From the NCBI GenBank assembly GCA_963618495.1, contig CAVESF010000002.1:25231-89230 (forward strand): a DNA stretch of 64,000 nt, in the 5' to 3' direction. Origin of the DNA: Acutalibacteraceae bacterium. GTDB taxonomy: Bacteria > Bacillota > Clostridia > Oscillospirales > CAG-272. The position numbers and the translations under genes are program-made. Below, piece after piece: positions 1 to 8,928 of this stretch (positions are counted from its first letter, which is position 1; each line of letters starts with the position of its first letter). The notes under the pieces are model-generated. The model saw only the letters and a program-made list of their open reading frames with translations, was not told where the DNA came from and did no database searches.

Positions 1-1592
1 GCGCCGCGGTATGAGGAATAATTTTCTTTTGTGCCGTTGCTTTCCAGATAGTTGTCATATTTGACCGCGCCGACATCCGTCTGCTCCTCGCCGATTGTTA
101 TCAGCGTATTTGCAAACATTTCCACGCATACGACTATAGCGAGGATAAACGCCGCCGAGCTTTCATATGACCTGTTCGAGAGCAGATTCAGCACTATCAC
201 ATATGCCGCGATAAGCACGAGCGTAAGGAATATGCAGGTGGCATCGTCGAGCGGATTCTGCTTCGTATCCTGGTCAAAAACATAATCCAGCTTCTGGATA
301 ATCATGACTAGCACGGCAAGTATCGCGCAGACCGCGCCGACCTGACCGAACTTTATCTTTTCTACATGAGCCACGGCGTCATATGCCATGACTATGATAA
401 AGAATGAGAAAACAAACGAATATCTGTAATTGAGCCACTGCGGGGTGGAGAAGCCATGCCATACGAGGTCTATTGCATTTATGCTGAAACTGAAAAGCAT
501 TACCGCGAGAAGCATGGAGGCGCAGACCTTCTGCTTCTTTGTGATGGCGGGCGACATATAGTAGAGCGGAATGGCGATGAGCGCGAGCAGACCGCTGTAT
601 ATCATGGGAAGTCCCGTCGGGCGGACAGAGTCATAGGAGCCGGGCAGGAGCTTGACGATGAGGTCAAGGAAATCAAACCGCAGAGAGAAGCTGAAGGACG
701 GATTTGAAAAACCCGTTTTACCGAAGGTGAGCGAATAGTATGCCGCGATGAGCATGAATGCCGCGATAAGAAGCGAAATCAGCGTAAAGAAAGCAAAACG
801 CATGAATGTGCGGAAGCCGTAGGTTTTGAAAAGAGAGCGCTTTTCTTCGCCTTTATACATCAGGTCATCGCGCCTGAGGCTGTAATAATAAAGAAAATAG
901 AAGAATGTGAATATACCGCACATATAACCGATATAGTAATTGGTTATGAAAATCATCGTGAGCGATGCGGTATAGAGAATGAATTTTCTCTCGTTTATCA
1001 GCGCTTCAAGTCCCAGTATCAGGAGCGGCAGGAATATCATGGCATCGAGCCACATCGGGTTTGCAAGCTGAACAACGGAATATGCGCAGAGCGCATACAT
1101 CAGCGAGAAAGCGATGGTGTGCATCTGCGAGACAAAGCGCGTCTTATGGATATAGTAGCCGAATGTAAGACCCATGAAGCCGACTTTGAAAAGCTGGATG
1201 GTCATCATGGCGTCTGCTATTCTGTCTTTCGGGAAAAGCGCGAATATGATATTGAGCGGGCTTGCGCCGTAGTAGGCAACGATACCCATGAATTCGCCGC
1301 CGAGCGTGCGCTTCCATGAATAGAGCCAGCTTCCGCCCTGTGTGAGCAGTCGGCGGATTTCTTCATAATAGTAAATGTACTGCGCCTGAAGGTCGAGCGT
1401 CAGCACGCTGCTGTTCCCGAAAGGGTGAGTGCCGAGGCAGGCATATACACCGAGCAGAATGGTAAACGGCAGGAAAAACGCCGCCAGCAGATATAAATAT
1501 TCGCTGTGCTTCAGACGGAACCAGAAGCGGGCAAGCTTCCCCTCCGGCGGAAGCATAATGGCGATATCGCCGTTTTGTTCTTTCCGTTTCAT
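1..1592 (-). CDS. YfhO family polytopic membrane protein (partial; C-terminus lies beyond window start)
   Basis: Absent from the ORF track because it is open at the window edge. My minus-strand translation from the ATG at 1592-1590 (GGAAAGAGGA upstream) reads MKRKEQNGDIAIMLPPEGKLARFWFRLKHSEYLYLLAAFFLPFTILLGVYACLGTHPFGNSSVLTLDLQAQYIYYYEE... It continues without a stop to position 1, has many hydrophobic segments, and has a typical YfhO N-terminus. Confidence 0.75.
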   Translation of the reverse strand, partial: MKRKEQNGDIAIMLPPEGKLARFWFRLKHSEYLYLLAAFFLPFTILLGVYACLGTHPFGNSSVLTLDLQAQYIYYYEEIRRLLTQGGSWLYSWKRTLGGEFMGIVAYYGASPLNIIFALFPKDRIADAMMTIQLFKVGFMGLTFGYYIHKTRFVSQMHTIAFSLMYALCAYSVVQLANPMWLDAMIFLPLLILGLEALINERKFILYTASLTMIFITNYYIGYMCGIFTFFYFLYYYSLRRDDLMYKGEEKRSLFKTYGFRTFMRFAFFTLISLLIAAFMLIAAYYSLTFGKTGFSNPSFSFSLRFDFLDLIVKLLPGSYDSVRPTGLPMIYSGLLALIAIPLYYMSPAITKKQKVCASMLLAVMLFSFSINAIDLVWHGFSTPQWLNYRYSFVFSFFIIVMAYDAVAHVEKIKFGQVGAVCAILAVLVMIIQKLDYVFDQDTKQNPLDDATCIFLTLVLIAAYVIVLNLLSNRSYESSAAFILAIVVCVEMFANTLITIGEEQTDVGAVKYDNYLESNGTKENYSSYRG

Positions 1593-1745
1593 TTGAATAT
1601 CCTCTTTCCGATAATGTTTTTTGTTTTCCGCGCTGTCTTCTTCTACAATATGGTATAAGTATACCATAAATTTTGTAAATAATCAATATGGGAAAGAAAA
1701 AAGACGGATATTTCTCGCGAAAAAATAAAATAATTAAAAATTCTA

Positions 1746-1774
1746 TAGACATTTTTCGATTTTAATGGTAAAAT
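1746..1774 (+). promoter_or_regulatory. Putative sigma-A promoter of the VanY-like gene
   Basis: TAGACA, 17-nt spacer, then TGgTAAAAT (extended -10), about 40 nt upstream of the ATG at 1812. Confidence 0.4.
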
Positions 1775-1811
1775 ATATATTACCATTACTCGATGCAAAA
1801 CGGAGGACAAA

Positions 1812-2924
1812 ATGAACTTCGACGAAAACAGAAATAATTACAGAGGTTACTCTGCAAACGGGCAGGGCGCCGGAAGACCGCAGGGTCATAAAAAGATGAA
1901 ATTCAAGCCGAATAAGGAGGGAATGACAGCGTTGCTTTCGCTCTTTCTTGTTGTTGTGCTTGTCATCGTCCTTTTTGTACTGATAATAAAGGCGATAGTA
2001 AACAAAAATCCCGCGCAGACAACCGAAACGACAACTTCGGTCACAACCGAAACCACTGTCGATCCGCTTACTGTTGTTCCCGAGTGGCGCAAGAATTATG
2101 TAAACAAGCCGTATGCTTCGGACAATGTTTACAAGGGCAAGCTCATACTGGTAAACAATTCCGTTGAATACAAATTCCCGACAGCCGCGGAGGAATCGCG
2201 CGATATCGTTTCGCTCTGGGGTCAGGAGGGATATAATACGAATTATGTTCTCGGCATAGACGCAAAACTGCGCCGCGATATCATAATGCCGATGAACAAG
2301 ATGTTCTCAGACCTGAAAGCCGCTCTGCCCGAGACCTTTGAAACGGGTGCCGACGGCAAAACAGACAAGATAATAGTAGCCAGCGGCTACCGCGATTACA
2401 ACCGCCAGCAGAATGTTTACAATCGCACAATAGAAGAGAAGGGCGAAGAGGTAGGCAAATATTACGCCACCAATCCCGGCTTCAGCGAGCATCATACGGG
2501 ACTTGCCATTGATCTGAAGATTTACACGCACAAGGGTGCGACGGTCGATTTCAATGCCGCTCAGCAGGAATGGCTTATGAAAAACTGCGCGAAATACGGT
2601 TTTGTTCTCCGCTATGACGGCGCAAAGGTGGATATAACAAAAATTCTGCATGAATCATGGCATTTCCGCTATGTCGGCGTGCCTCATGCCGCATATATGA
2701 CGGAAAACAATCTCTGCCTCGAGGAATATATCGACCTGCTCAGAAACGACTATTCATATTCCGACAAGCCGCTCGAATACAGCTATGAGGGCGTTGATTA
2801 TCTCATATATTTCTGCCCCGCACAGTCGAGCGAATCCGTGACATTCGTTCCCGTTCCCGCAAGCGGCGAATATACCGTTTCCGGCAATAATGTGGACGGC
2901 TTCATCGTCACCGTGACAAAATAA
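1812..2924 (+). CDS. Membrane-anchored D-alanyl-D-alanine carboxypeptidase, VanY / peptidase M15B family
   Basis: N-terminal TM helix (LLSLFLVVVLVIVLFVLIIKAIV). M15 zinc motifs are SGYRDYNRQ, SEHHTGLAIDL (H-x6-D) and ESWHFRYVG. Confidence 0.8.
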   Translation: MNFDENRNNYRGYSANGQGAGRPQGHKKMKFKPNKEGMTALLSLFLVVVLVIVLFVLIIKAIVNKNPAQTTETTTSVTTETTVDPLTVVPEWRKNYVNKPYASDNVYKGKLILVNNSVEYKFPTAAEESRDIVSLWGQEGYNTNYVLGIDAKLRRDIIMPMNKMFSDLKAALPETFETGADGKTDKIIVASGYRDYNRQQNVYNRTIEEKGEEVGKYYATNPGFSEHHTGLAIDLKIYTHKGATVDFNAAQQEWLMKNCAKYGFVLRYDGAKVDITKILHESWHFRYVGVPHAAYMTENNLCLEEYIDLLRNDYSYSDKPLEYSYEGVDYLIYFCPAQSSESVTFVPVPASGEYTVSGNNVDGFIVTVTK

Positions 2925-2926
2925 AA

Positions 2927-3643
2927 ATGGCACTTTGGAATCCATGGCACGGGTGCGATAAATACAGCGCAGGCTGTATGCATTGCTATGTCTACAGGAC
3001 AGATTCGCGCTTCGAAAAGGACAGCCGCAGGGTGACAAAAAATGCGGATTTCGACCTGCCCGTGCGCCTTTCCCGCGACGGAACATATAAGCTCCAGCCC
3101 GACGGCGAGCCTGTATATACCTGCTTTACCTCGGATTTTTTCCTTGATAAGGCGGATGCATGGCGCGGCGAATGCTGGCAGATGATACGCCGCCGTCCCG
3201 ACCTTGATTTTCTGATAATAACGAAGCGTATCGTCCGCTTCGCAGAGTGTATCCCGGCCGATTGGGGCGAGGGCTACGGCAATGTGACGATATGCTGTAC
3301 CGTGGAAAACGAAGAAGAAGCAAAAAGGCGGCTTCCTGTTTTTCTTGAAGCGAAAATACGCCACAAAACGATAATCTGCGAGCCTCTACTATCAAAAATA
3401 GACCTTTCTCCTTATCTTTCGGATAAGATAGAGGACGTTATCTGCGGCGGCGAATCGGGAAACGAAGCCCGCATCTGCGATTATGATTGGGTGCTTGACC
3501 TGCGTGCACAATGCGAGAAAGCGGGCGTGCCGTTTCACTTCAAGCAAACGGGAGCAAGATTCAAAAAGGGCGGCAGAGTTTACCGCATCCCGCGGAAATT
3601 TCAACATTCGCAGGCAAAAAAGGCGGGAATAGATTTGAAATGA
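2927..3643 (+). CDS. DUF5131 (phage Gp37/Gp68-like) family protein
   Basis: The N-terminus WNPWHGCDKYSAGCMHCY matches the WNP-x-x-GC...GC-x-x-CY signature of PF07505. It starts 2 nt after the VanY stop. Confidence 0.65.
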   Translation: MALWNPWHGCDKYSAGCMHCYVYRTDSRFEKDSRRVTKNADFDLPVRLSRDGTYKLQPDGEPVYTCFTSDFFLDKADAWRGECWQMIRRRPDLDFLIITKRIVRFAECIPADWGEGYGNVTICCTVENEEEAKRRLPVFLEAKIRHKTIICEPLLSKIDLSPYLSDKIEDVICGGESGNEARICDYDWVLDLRAQCEKAGVPFHFKQTGARFKKGGRVYRIPRKFQHSQAKKAGIDLK

Positions 3644-3672
3644 AAAACCGACAGGCGCGCCTGTCGGTTTTG
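3644..3672 (+). terminator. Rho-independent terminator (palindrome CCGACAGGCG/CGCCTGTCGG plus T-run)
   Basis: AAAAACCGACAGGCGCGCCTGTCGGTTTT lies immediately after the stop at 3643. It has a perfect 10-bp stem, an A-run on the 5' side and a T-run on the 3' side. Confidence 0.8.
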
Positions 3673-3913
3673 TGATGTGGGGGGGGAGAATTGACACATA
3701 TGCGAAGCATGTGTGTCGGCGTCGCCGAGACGGAGCATCGTGGATTCAGTTTGTTCGCCGACGGGATAAAGTTATATTTTTTATTTTGGGTACTGGCGCA
3801 CTTTGACTTTTAGTTCGTAGGGGTCGGCGCCGCGACGACCCGCAAGATACTTGAAGTAACTTTTCTTTTCTCGTACTTTTGCGTGACAAAAAGTCACACA
3901 AGAGGATTCCTAT
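3673..3913. repeat. Non-coding insert between two copies of the same terminator; shares sequence blocks with 55030-55300
   Basis: Block 3717-3735 (CGGCGTCGCCGAGACGGAG) is identical to the reverse complement of 55187-55205. Block 3864-3887 is near-identical to the reverse complement of 55243-55271. Block 3736-3767 resembles the reverse complement of 55069-55098. It also contains hairpins ACACATATGCgaaGCATGTGTGT and GGGTCGgcgccgcgaCGACCC. Confidence 0.6.
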
Positions 3914-3945
3914 AAAAAACCGACAGGCGCGCCTGTCGGTTTTTG
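3914..3945 (-). terminator. Second copy of the same palindromic terminator, serving the minus-strand gene ending at 3951
   Basis: AAAAAACCGACAGGCGCGCCTGTCGGTTTTT. The 29-nt core is identical to 3644-3672, and a T-run is present on both strands. Confidence 0.8.
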
Positions 3946-3950
3946 TTATT

Positions 3951-4511
3951 TCATTCTTCTGCGTTATTTCTGAAAAATATTCCCTTTGTTTTTGCGTTAT
4001 ATTCCTTTGCCATGATGTGCAGTATCAGCTCTTCCGAGGCGGAAACGGCACCTATCGTGCAAGCCGCGAAGCACAGCACCGTATAGCAGGGAAGCGCGAG
4101 ATAATACGGTATCATGAAAACGGCGAAGCCTGTTGCCTTATTGAGATAAGTATGGAGCGAGGCAAAGCGGCGGTATTTCACAGCCGCGGTCGCATATGCG
4201 CATATGCGGATGAAAAGCACCGCGCCGAGAAACCACCATATGGCATGCGGAAGCATTTCATACATGACAGGCAGGAGCTTTATCAGCATGACGGCATAAA
4301 AAATGAGGTCTGCCACAGAATCAAGTTTTGCTCCGAAATCACTTGCCGTGCCACTTTTTCTTGCCGCCCAGCCGTCGAACACATCTGTCAGTCCCGTCAG
4401 CGTATATACGATATAGAAAACCGGCGAAATCGGCACGATGAAAAGCAAAGCTGCCGCACCGCAGATGCGCAGTCCTGTTATGATATCGGCAATATTCCTG
4501 TATATTTTCAT
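3951..4511 (-). CDS. CDP-alcohol phosphatidyltransferase family protein (PgsA-like)
   Basis: Motif DVFDGWAARKSGTASDFGAKLDSVAD fits D-G-x2-A-R-x8-G-x3-D-x3-D. The protein is small and polytopic. Confidence 0.8.
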   Translation of the reverse strand: MKIYRNIADIITGLRICGAAALLFIVPISPVFYIVYTLTGLTDVFDGWAARKSGTASDFGAKLDSVADLIFYAVMLIKLLPVMYEMLPHAIWWFLGAVLFIRICAYATAAVKYRRFASLHTYLNKATGFAVFMIPYYLALPCYTVLCFAACTIGAVSASEELILHIMAKEYNAKTKGIFFRNNAEE

Positions 4512-5031
4512 TTTGCGTGACGACGGCTTGATATGATATTCATGAGAACATAAATACCTATAAGCACTGCGATGCTTGCGCAGAGAATAACATACATCAT
4601 TCCTGTTTCAACCTCATTTTCGGAGAAATAAAGATTGCAATCGACGCTGTCGCGTATTCCTTTTAATACTTCATCGGGGAATCCGAGCTTTTTCATTTCG
4701 GCAAAAGAACCGCCTGCCATATGATTGCGGATAAGGCTTGTACCGTATGTCCCGGGGAAAAAAGAAATAACTTTTTGCAGTCCGCCCGAGAAATTTGATA
4801 TCGGCATAGAGGCGCCGCAAATGAATCCGTAGCCCGCGCTGACTATTGTGCCGACGGCGGAAGCCTGTCCGTCTGTGGAGAGAAAGAAATTGATGCAGGA
4901 GGAGAGTGCTGTTCCGAACATGGCGAGCAGAAATACCTCAGGCAGAGTGAGAAGAACATCTGAAAGGCTGAGATACTTTCAATGATATTTCCCAAATTGA
5001 TGCCTCCTGCAGTATAACATATTGTTATCAT
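4508..5031 (-). pseudogene. Remnant of an ABC-2 type transporter permease (C-terminal part only, with a frame break near 4925-4960)
   Basis: ORF 4508-4921 (FGTALSSCINFF..ASAVGTIVSAGYGFICGASMPISNF..FFPGTYG) looks like the last TM helices of an ABC-2 permease. The upstream continuation (..LSLSDVLLTLPEVFLLA) is cut by a TGA. A different frame (4843-5031) carries the only upstream ATG. There is no N-terminal half and no ATPase gene nearby. Confidence 0.5.
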
Positions 5032-5182
5032 TGATTGATATAATTATATCCGACTTGATGCTTTTTGTCAAGTGAGATACGCGAAAAAGACGGAAAAGTC
5101 GACAGATAATATAGGGACTGAGTTAATGACTCAACCTCTGTATTTTTCCTGCTTTTTTCGTCTTTCTTTTGCATTTTTGATG

Positions 5183-5211
5183 TTGACTTTTCCTCCGTAT
5201 GATGGTACAAT
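5183..5211 (+). promoter_or_regulatory. Putative sigma-A promoter of the 5271 CDS
   Basis: TTGACT, 17-nt spacer, then TGgTACAAT, about 60 nt upstream of the ATG. Confidence 0.5.
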
Positions 5212-5270
5212 GAGGCTGTAAAGCGGAAACACCGTCGAAACTACGCCTACCGCAAACGGAGGAATTTCTT

Positions 5271-6974
5271 ATGAGAAACCATTTTAAAGAGCAAATCCGT
5301 CTTTTCGAAAAGGACTTTGCCGCAAGCTACTATGATAATTTCAGAAAAGCGCCGGCAGAGAAGTGCGCCGAACTTTTTCAGAATCCCTTGCTTGACTACG
5401 GCGAAACCTCACTTGATGCCTGCCTGATAGCGCAGGCGGTACGCGGATATTATGTGCCGGATACGCGCTTTTACCGCGACCCGTTTTTGCTTGATCATGC
5501 CATTGCCATGCTTGACGAATATGCAAAGAAAATTCATGATGACGGCTCCACCGACCTGCGCCAGACGAATTTTCATGACCCTTCGCAGTGCGGATTTATC
5601 GTCCGCGACCACCTCTGCGTTATCGAGACTGTATACCGCTATTCACAGCATACCGAAAAGGAAGAAATCCTTTATGAGAAGCTGAAAGATGTCATCAGAC
5701 GCCATGGCGACGCTATGGTCAATCTCGGCTTCCATACGCCCAATCACCGCTGGGTTATTTCCGCAGCACTTTCGATTGTTTACAAGCACACGGGCGACAG
5801 GCGTTATCTCGATACGATAAACCGATTTCTCATGGAAGGCATCGATTGTGATGAAAACGGAGAATATACCGAGCGTTCTACGGGCATATACAATTATATA
5901 TGTGATAAAGCATTTCTCGTAATGGGAATATATATGAACGACCCGCAGTATTTCGAATATGCGAGAAGAAATCTCAATCTCATGTTCAGCTATTTTGAGC
6001 CGGACGGCACCGTATGCACACTCAATTCCGCAAGGCAGGACAGAAACACTCTGCGCCGCTATTCGCTCTATTATCCGATATATCTTTATCTTGCGCTGGA
6101 GCAGAAAAATCCCGAATTTGCTTATGTTGCCGAGGATATTCTCAACGAAATGGAAGCGGGCGGCGGATTTTCTCCCGACGCCATAGACCTTCTCATGGCA
6201 AGACCCGAGATAATAGAAAGATACGGCGAAATAGAGCCGGAAGCTCCCGCGGCGGACAAATCGATATTCCTGCCAAAGAGCGGCATCGCCAGAATATACA
6301 AGCCCGAGAAGAATATGACGATTACCGTTATGAAACAGAGACAGCCGACTTTCCTCCAGATTCAGTGCGGCTCGCATGTACTCCAGCTTCGCTTCGGCGG
6401 CGCTTTCTTCGGCGACCCTCATTCGCAGTTCCGTGCAAATTCGATAGAGCGGACGGAAAAGGGCTTCAGACTTATCGACGACGAATATGCGGGCTATCGT
6501 TCTCAGCTTGACGAAAAACCCGAGACTTCCGACTGGCACAGAATGGACCACAGCAAGCGCCGCATGGTGAACATTCAGGAATTCCGCACCGTTATCGACA
6601 TAGAGATACTTGATGACGGAATTGCACTGGATATAGATTCGGGCGCATGCGACGGTGTTCTCACAAAGCTGGAGATTTCAATGGATCCGGGCGGCAGATA
6701 CGATACCGACGATACTACGCTTTTCGCTTCCGGCGGAGATTATGTCATACTCAGAAAGGGAAAAGCACTCTATACATTTGTTGACAAATTCTCGTTTTCG
6801 ATAAACGGAGGCACATATGCGCACAGCTATGCCAGGGGCATGCGCGGAACCTCCACGCCCGACTCCGGCAGTTTTACCGTTGCCGTGACGGGAGAAACGC
6901 CGCATAAAAATCATATGGAGATAAAAGCCGTGAAAAACGGGTACAATACGGAGCGGATGCTCGGCCTGCGCTGA
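5271..6974 (+). CDS. Hypothetical cytoplasmic protein, 567 aa, family not recognised
   Basis: Long ORF with GGAGGA RBS and no signal peptide. The N-terminal half is helical-looking (..HTPNHRWVISAALSIVYKH..). Any polysaccharide-lyase-like resemblance is weak and I do not assert it. Confidence 0.6.
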   Translation: MRNHFKEQIRLFEKDFAASYYDNFRKAPAEKCAELFQNPLLDYGETSLDACLIAQAVRGYYVPDTRFYRDPFLLDHAIAMLDEYAKKIHDDGSTDLRQTNFHDPSQCGFIVRDHLCVIETVYRYSQHTEKEEILYEKLKDVIRRHGDAMVNLGFHTPNHRWVISAALSIVYKHTGDRRYLDTINRFLMEGIDCDENGEYTERSTGIYNYICDKAFLVMGIYMNDPQYFEYARRNLNLMFSYFEPDGTVCTLNSARQDRNTLRRYSLYYPIYLYLALEQKNPEFAYVAEDILNEMEAGGGFSPDAIDLLMARPEIIERYGEIEPEAPAADKSIFLPKSGIARIYKPEKNMTITVMKQRQPTFLQIQCGSHVLQLRFGGAFFGDPHSQFRANSIERTEKGFRLIDDEYAGYRSQLDEKPETSDWHRMDHSKRRMVNIQEFRTVIDIEILDDGIALDIDSGACDGVLTKLEISMDPGGRYDTDDTTLFASGGDYVILRKGKALYTFVDKFSFSINGGTYAHSYARGMRGTSTPDSGSFTVAVTGETPHKNHMEIKAVKNGYNTERMLGLR

Positions 6975-7114
6975 CAAAAAAATGTATATTTTGTAAATTT
7001 GGGCAAAAATGCTTGTACTTTATATTGCTTTGTGATATACTAAATAAAATATCGGCTTTTATGCCGTCAATAAAAACAGGCTTGCTTATATGTGAAGCCG
7101 AAAGGAAATGAAAA

Positions 7115-8569
7115 ATGAAAAAGATTTTATGTCTTGCTTTCGCGGCACTGCTCATGATATCGCTTGTGTCCTGCGGAAGCTTTGACTATGCCACAGCGGA
7201 CTATTCCAAATATGTAAAGTCTGTTTCCCCTGCCGATATCACGCTCGATATGATAAAGCAGGATTACGAAGCCTCAAGAGAAGATATCGCAAAGACATAT
7301 TCTCAGTTCAATGTCCTTGATTCCTATTCCATGGACTTCAAGGTGACGGCAAGCATCGTTTCGACTGACAGCGAGGGCAATGAAGTAAAGAATAAATATA
7401 ATGCCTGGTGCCTCGATACCGATGAAAATTATGTCAAGGGCTACTATGTCGGCAAGGATGCTGCAAACAGAACCTTTGACAATGCGCTCATTTATGACGT
7501 GACCAAGGCCGGCGATGTCGCAAATTCCAGCTACCGCGGAACAGAATACAACAGCGCATATACATTCACTATGGATATTCCCGAGGATTATTCCAATGCG
7601 GATGTTGCCGGCAAGACTGTTTCTTTCACGATAACACCTATTGCCGTATATCCCTCTATCTATGCGGATGCCGAGATAATATTCGGCGTTGCGGAATCGC
7701 TCAAAAGCGTTGACGGTGCCGTTATTGCGGATGGCGAAGCGGTTTCCCACGGCGATATCGTTGTGATAGACTACAAAGGCACGCTGAACGGAGAAGCATT
7801 CAGCGGCGGTTCATACGAAAAATACACGATGCAGCTTGGCTATGCAAGCTTTGTAGAGGGCTTTGAAGAAGCTATCGTCGGGCACAAGGTCGGCGAGACA
7901 TTCACTATTGATGTGAAATTCCCCGAGAGCTACAGCACAACAGCTCTTGCGGGCAAGGATACGAAGTTTGAAATAACTATACATGATGGTTACAGATTCA
8001 GCGATGAATTTGTAAAGAGCAATACTTCCTTTGAAAGCACATGGGACTACAAGAACGCTATGCGTATTCAGTATCACTCCATGTATGTAGGTTCCGACCT
8101 GCTCTGCTCAAAGTGCGAGATAGTGAAGTATCCTTCTTCTCTTCTCAGCGAGTATAAATATTATTACAAGACTGTTGCGGAATCCCGTGTAAACTACTAT
8201 TACAAGAATTATTATCAGGGACAGGGTTATTCTCTCAAGAAAACCGAAGAGACGCTTTTCCCCGATGGCGGCATCAAACTTTATGCACAGAAGAACGGTG
8301 AAAATCTCGTTCTCCGCGATCTCGTATGCTCCGAGCTTCTCCGCGAAAACGGATATGAGCTCACAACAGAGAAATTCGACGGATATCTCGATTATCTTTC
8401 CACAACAATCAGCTCCGACGACGGAACACAGTATTCGAGAGAAGAACTTATAGAGACTTACGGCGAGGCAAAGCTCAGAGTTGATGCAAAATCTTATTAT
8501 GCAACGCAGGTAATTTATGAAAAGCTGACCTGCCTGCCGTTTAAGATTGCTTTTGTAATGCTTTACTGA
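7115..8569 (+). CDS. Lipoprotein with FKBP-type peptidyl-prolyl isomerase domain (trigger-factor-like)
   Basis: Lipobox MKKILCLAFAALLMISLVSCGS. FKBP core is GDIVVIDYKGTLNGEAFSGGSYEKYTMQLGYASFVEGFEEAIVGHKVGETFTIDVKFPESY. Confidence 0.75.
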   Translation: MKKILCLAFAALLMISLVSCGSFDYATADYSKYVKSVSPADITLDMIKQDYEASREDIAKTYSQFNVLDSYSMDFKVTASIVSTDSEGNEVKNKYNAWCLDTDENYVKGYYVGKDAANRTFDNALIYDVTKAGDVANSSYRGTEYNSAYTFTMDIPEDYSNADVAGKTVSFTITPIAVYPSIYADAEIIFGVAESLKSVDGAVIADGEAVSHGDIVVIDYKGTLNGEAFSGGSYEKYTMQLGYASFVEGFEEAIVGHKVGETFTIDVKFPESYSTTALAGKDTKFEITIHDGYRFSDEFVKSNTSFESTWDYKNAMRIQYHSMYVGSDLLCSKCEIVKYPSSLLSEYKYYYKTVAESRVNYYYKNYYQGQGYSLKKTEETLFPDGGIKLYAQKNGENLVLRDLVCSELLRENGYELTTEKFDGYLDYLSTTISSDDGTQYSREELIETYGEAKLRVDAKSYYATQVIYEKLTCLPFKIAFVMLY

Positions 8570-8680
8570 TGATGGAATGCTGAAAAAGTGCAGATCGGAA
8601 AAGTGAAAAACAGGGCGTTTTATAGACTGAAAGGTCTATGGAAATCTGAATTTTTATTAATATCAGTTCAAAATTTAATG

Positions 8681-8706
8681 AAGGGAAGCCGCGAGGTTTC
8701 CCTTTG
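8681..8706 (+). terminator. Possible terminator hairpin downstream of the FKBP lipoprotein gene
   Basis: AAGGGAAgccgcgaggTTTCCCTT has a 7-bp stem but only a weak T-tract. Confidence 0.35.
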
Positions 8707-8836
8707 ACTTTATTGTATTTCATTTTCAGGTTGCTTAGGCATGGCATGGCTTGCTACCGTCGCATAGAATCACAAGAATACTTTCCTTTCTTGCATCATT
8801 TGTCGCAGTGTGTCGGACAAAAAAGTGAAAAATGTA

Positions 8837-8865
8837 TTGAAAAATTTACCGATATATGGTATTAT
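8837..8865 (+). promoter_or_regulatory. Putative sigma-A promoter of hprK
   Basis: TTGAAA, 17-nt spacer, then TGgTATTAT, about 60 nt upstream of the ATG at 8929. Confidence 0.55.
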
Positions 8866-8928
8866 ATATAATAACTATAGATTTATTATGCGGATCTGTG
8901 ACTTGCGGCAGAGAAAAGGAGTTTTATC

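Noticed and set aside
2927-3643. Gp37/Gp68-like (DUF5131) gene as a prophage marker
   Set aside because: No integrase, capsid, terminase or other phage genes are adjacent. The flanking genes are ordinary envelope genes, so a single domesticated gene is more likely.
5117-5135. Motif AGTTAATGACT shared between a hairpin at 5117-5135 (TGAGTtaatgACTCA) and the convergent-gene hairpin at 40149-40173 (GGGGCcaagttaatgactgaGCCCC)
   Set aside because: Only 11 nt are shared and they fall in different structural positions, stem in one and loop in the other. This is compatible with chance, with no further support.
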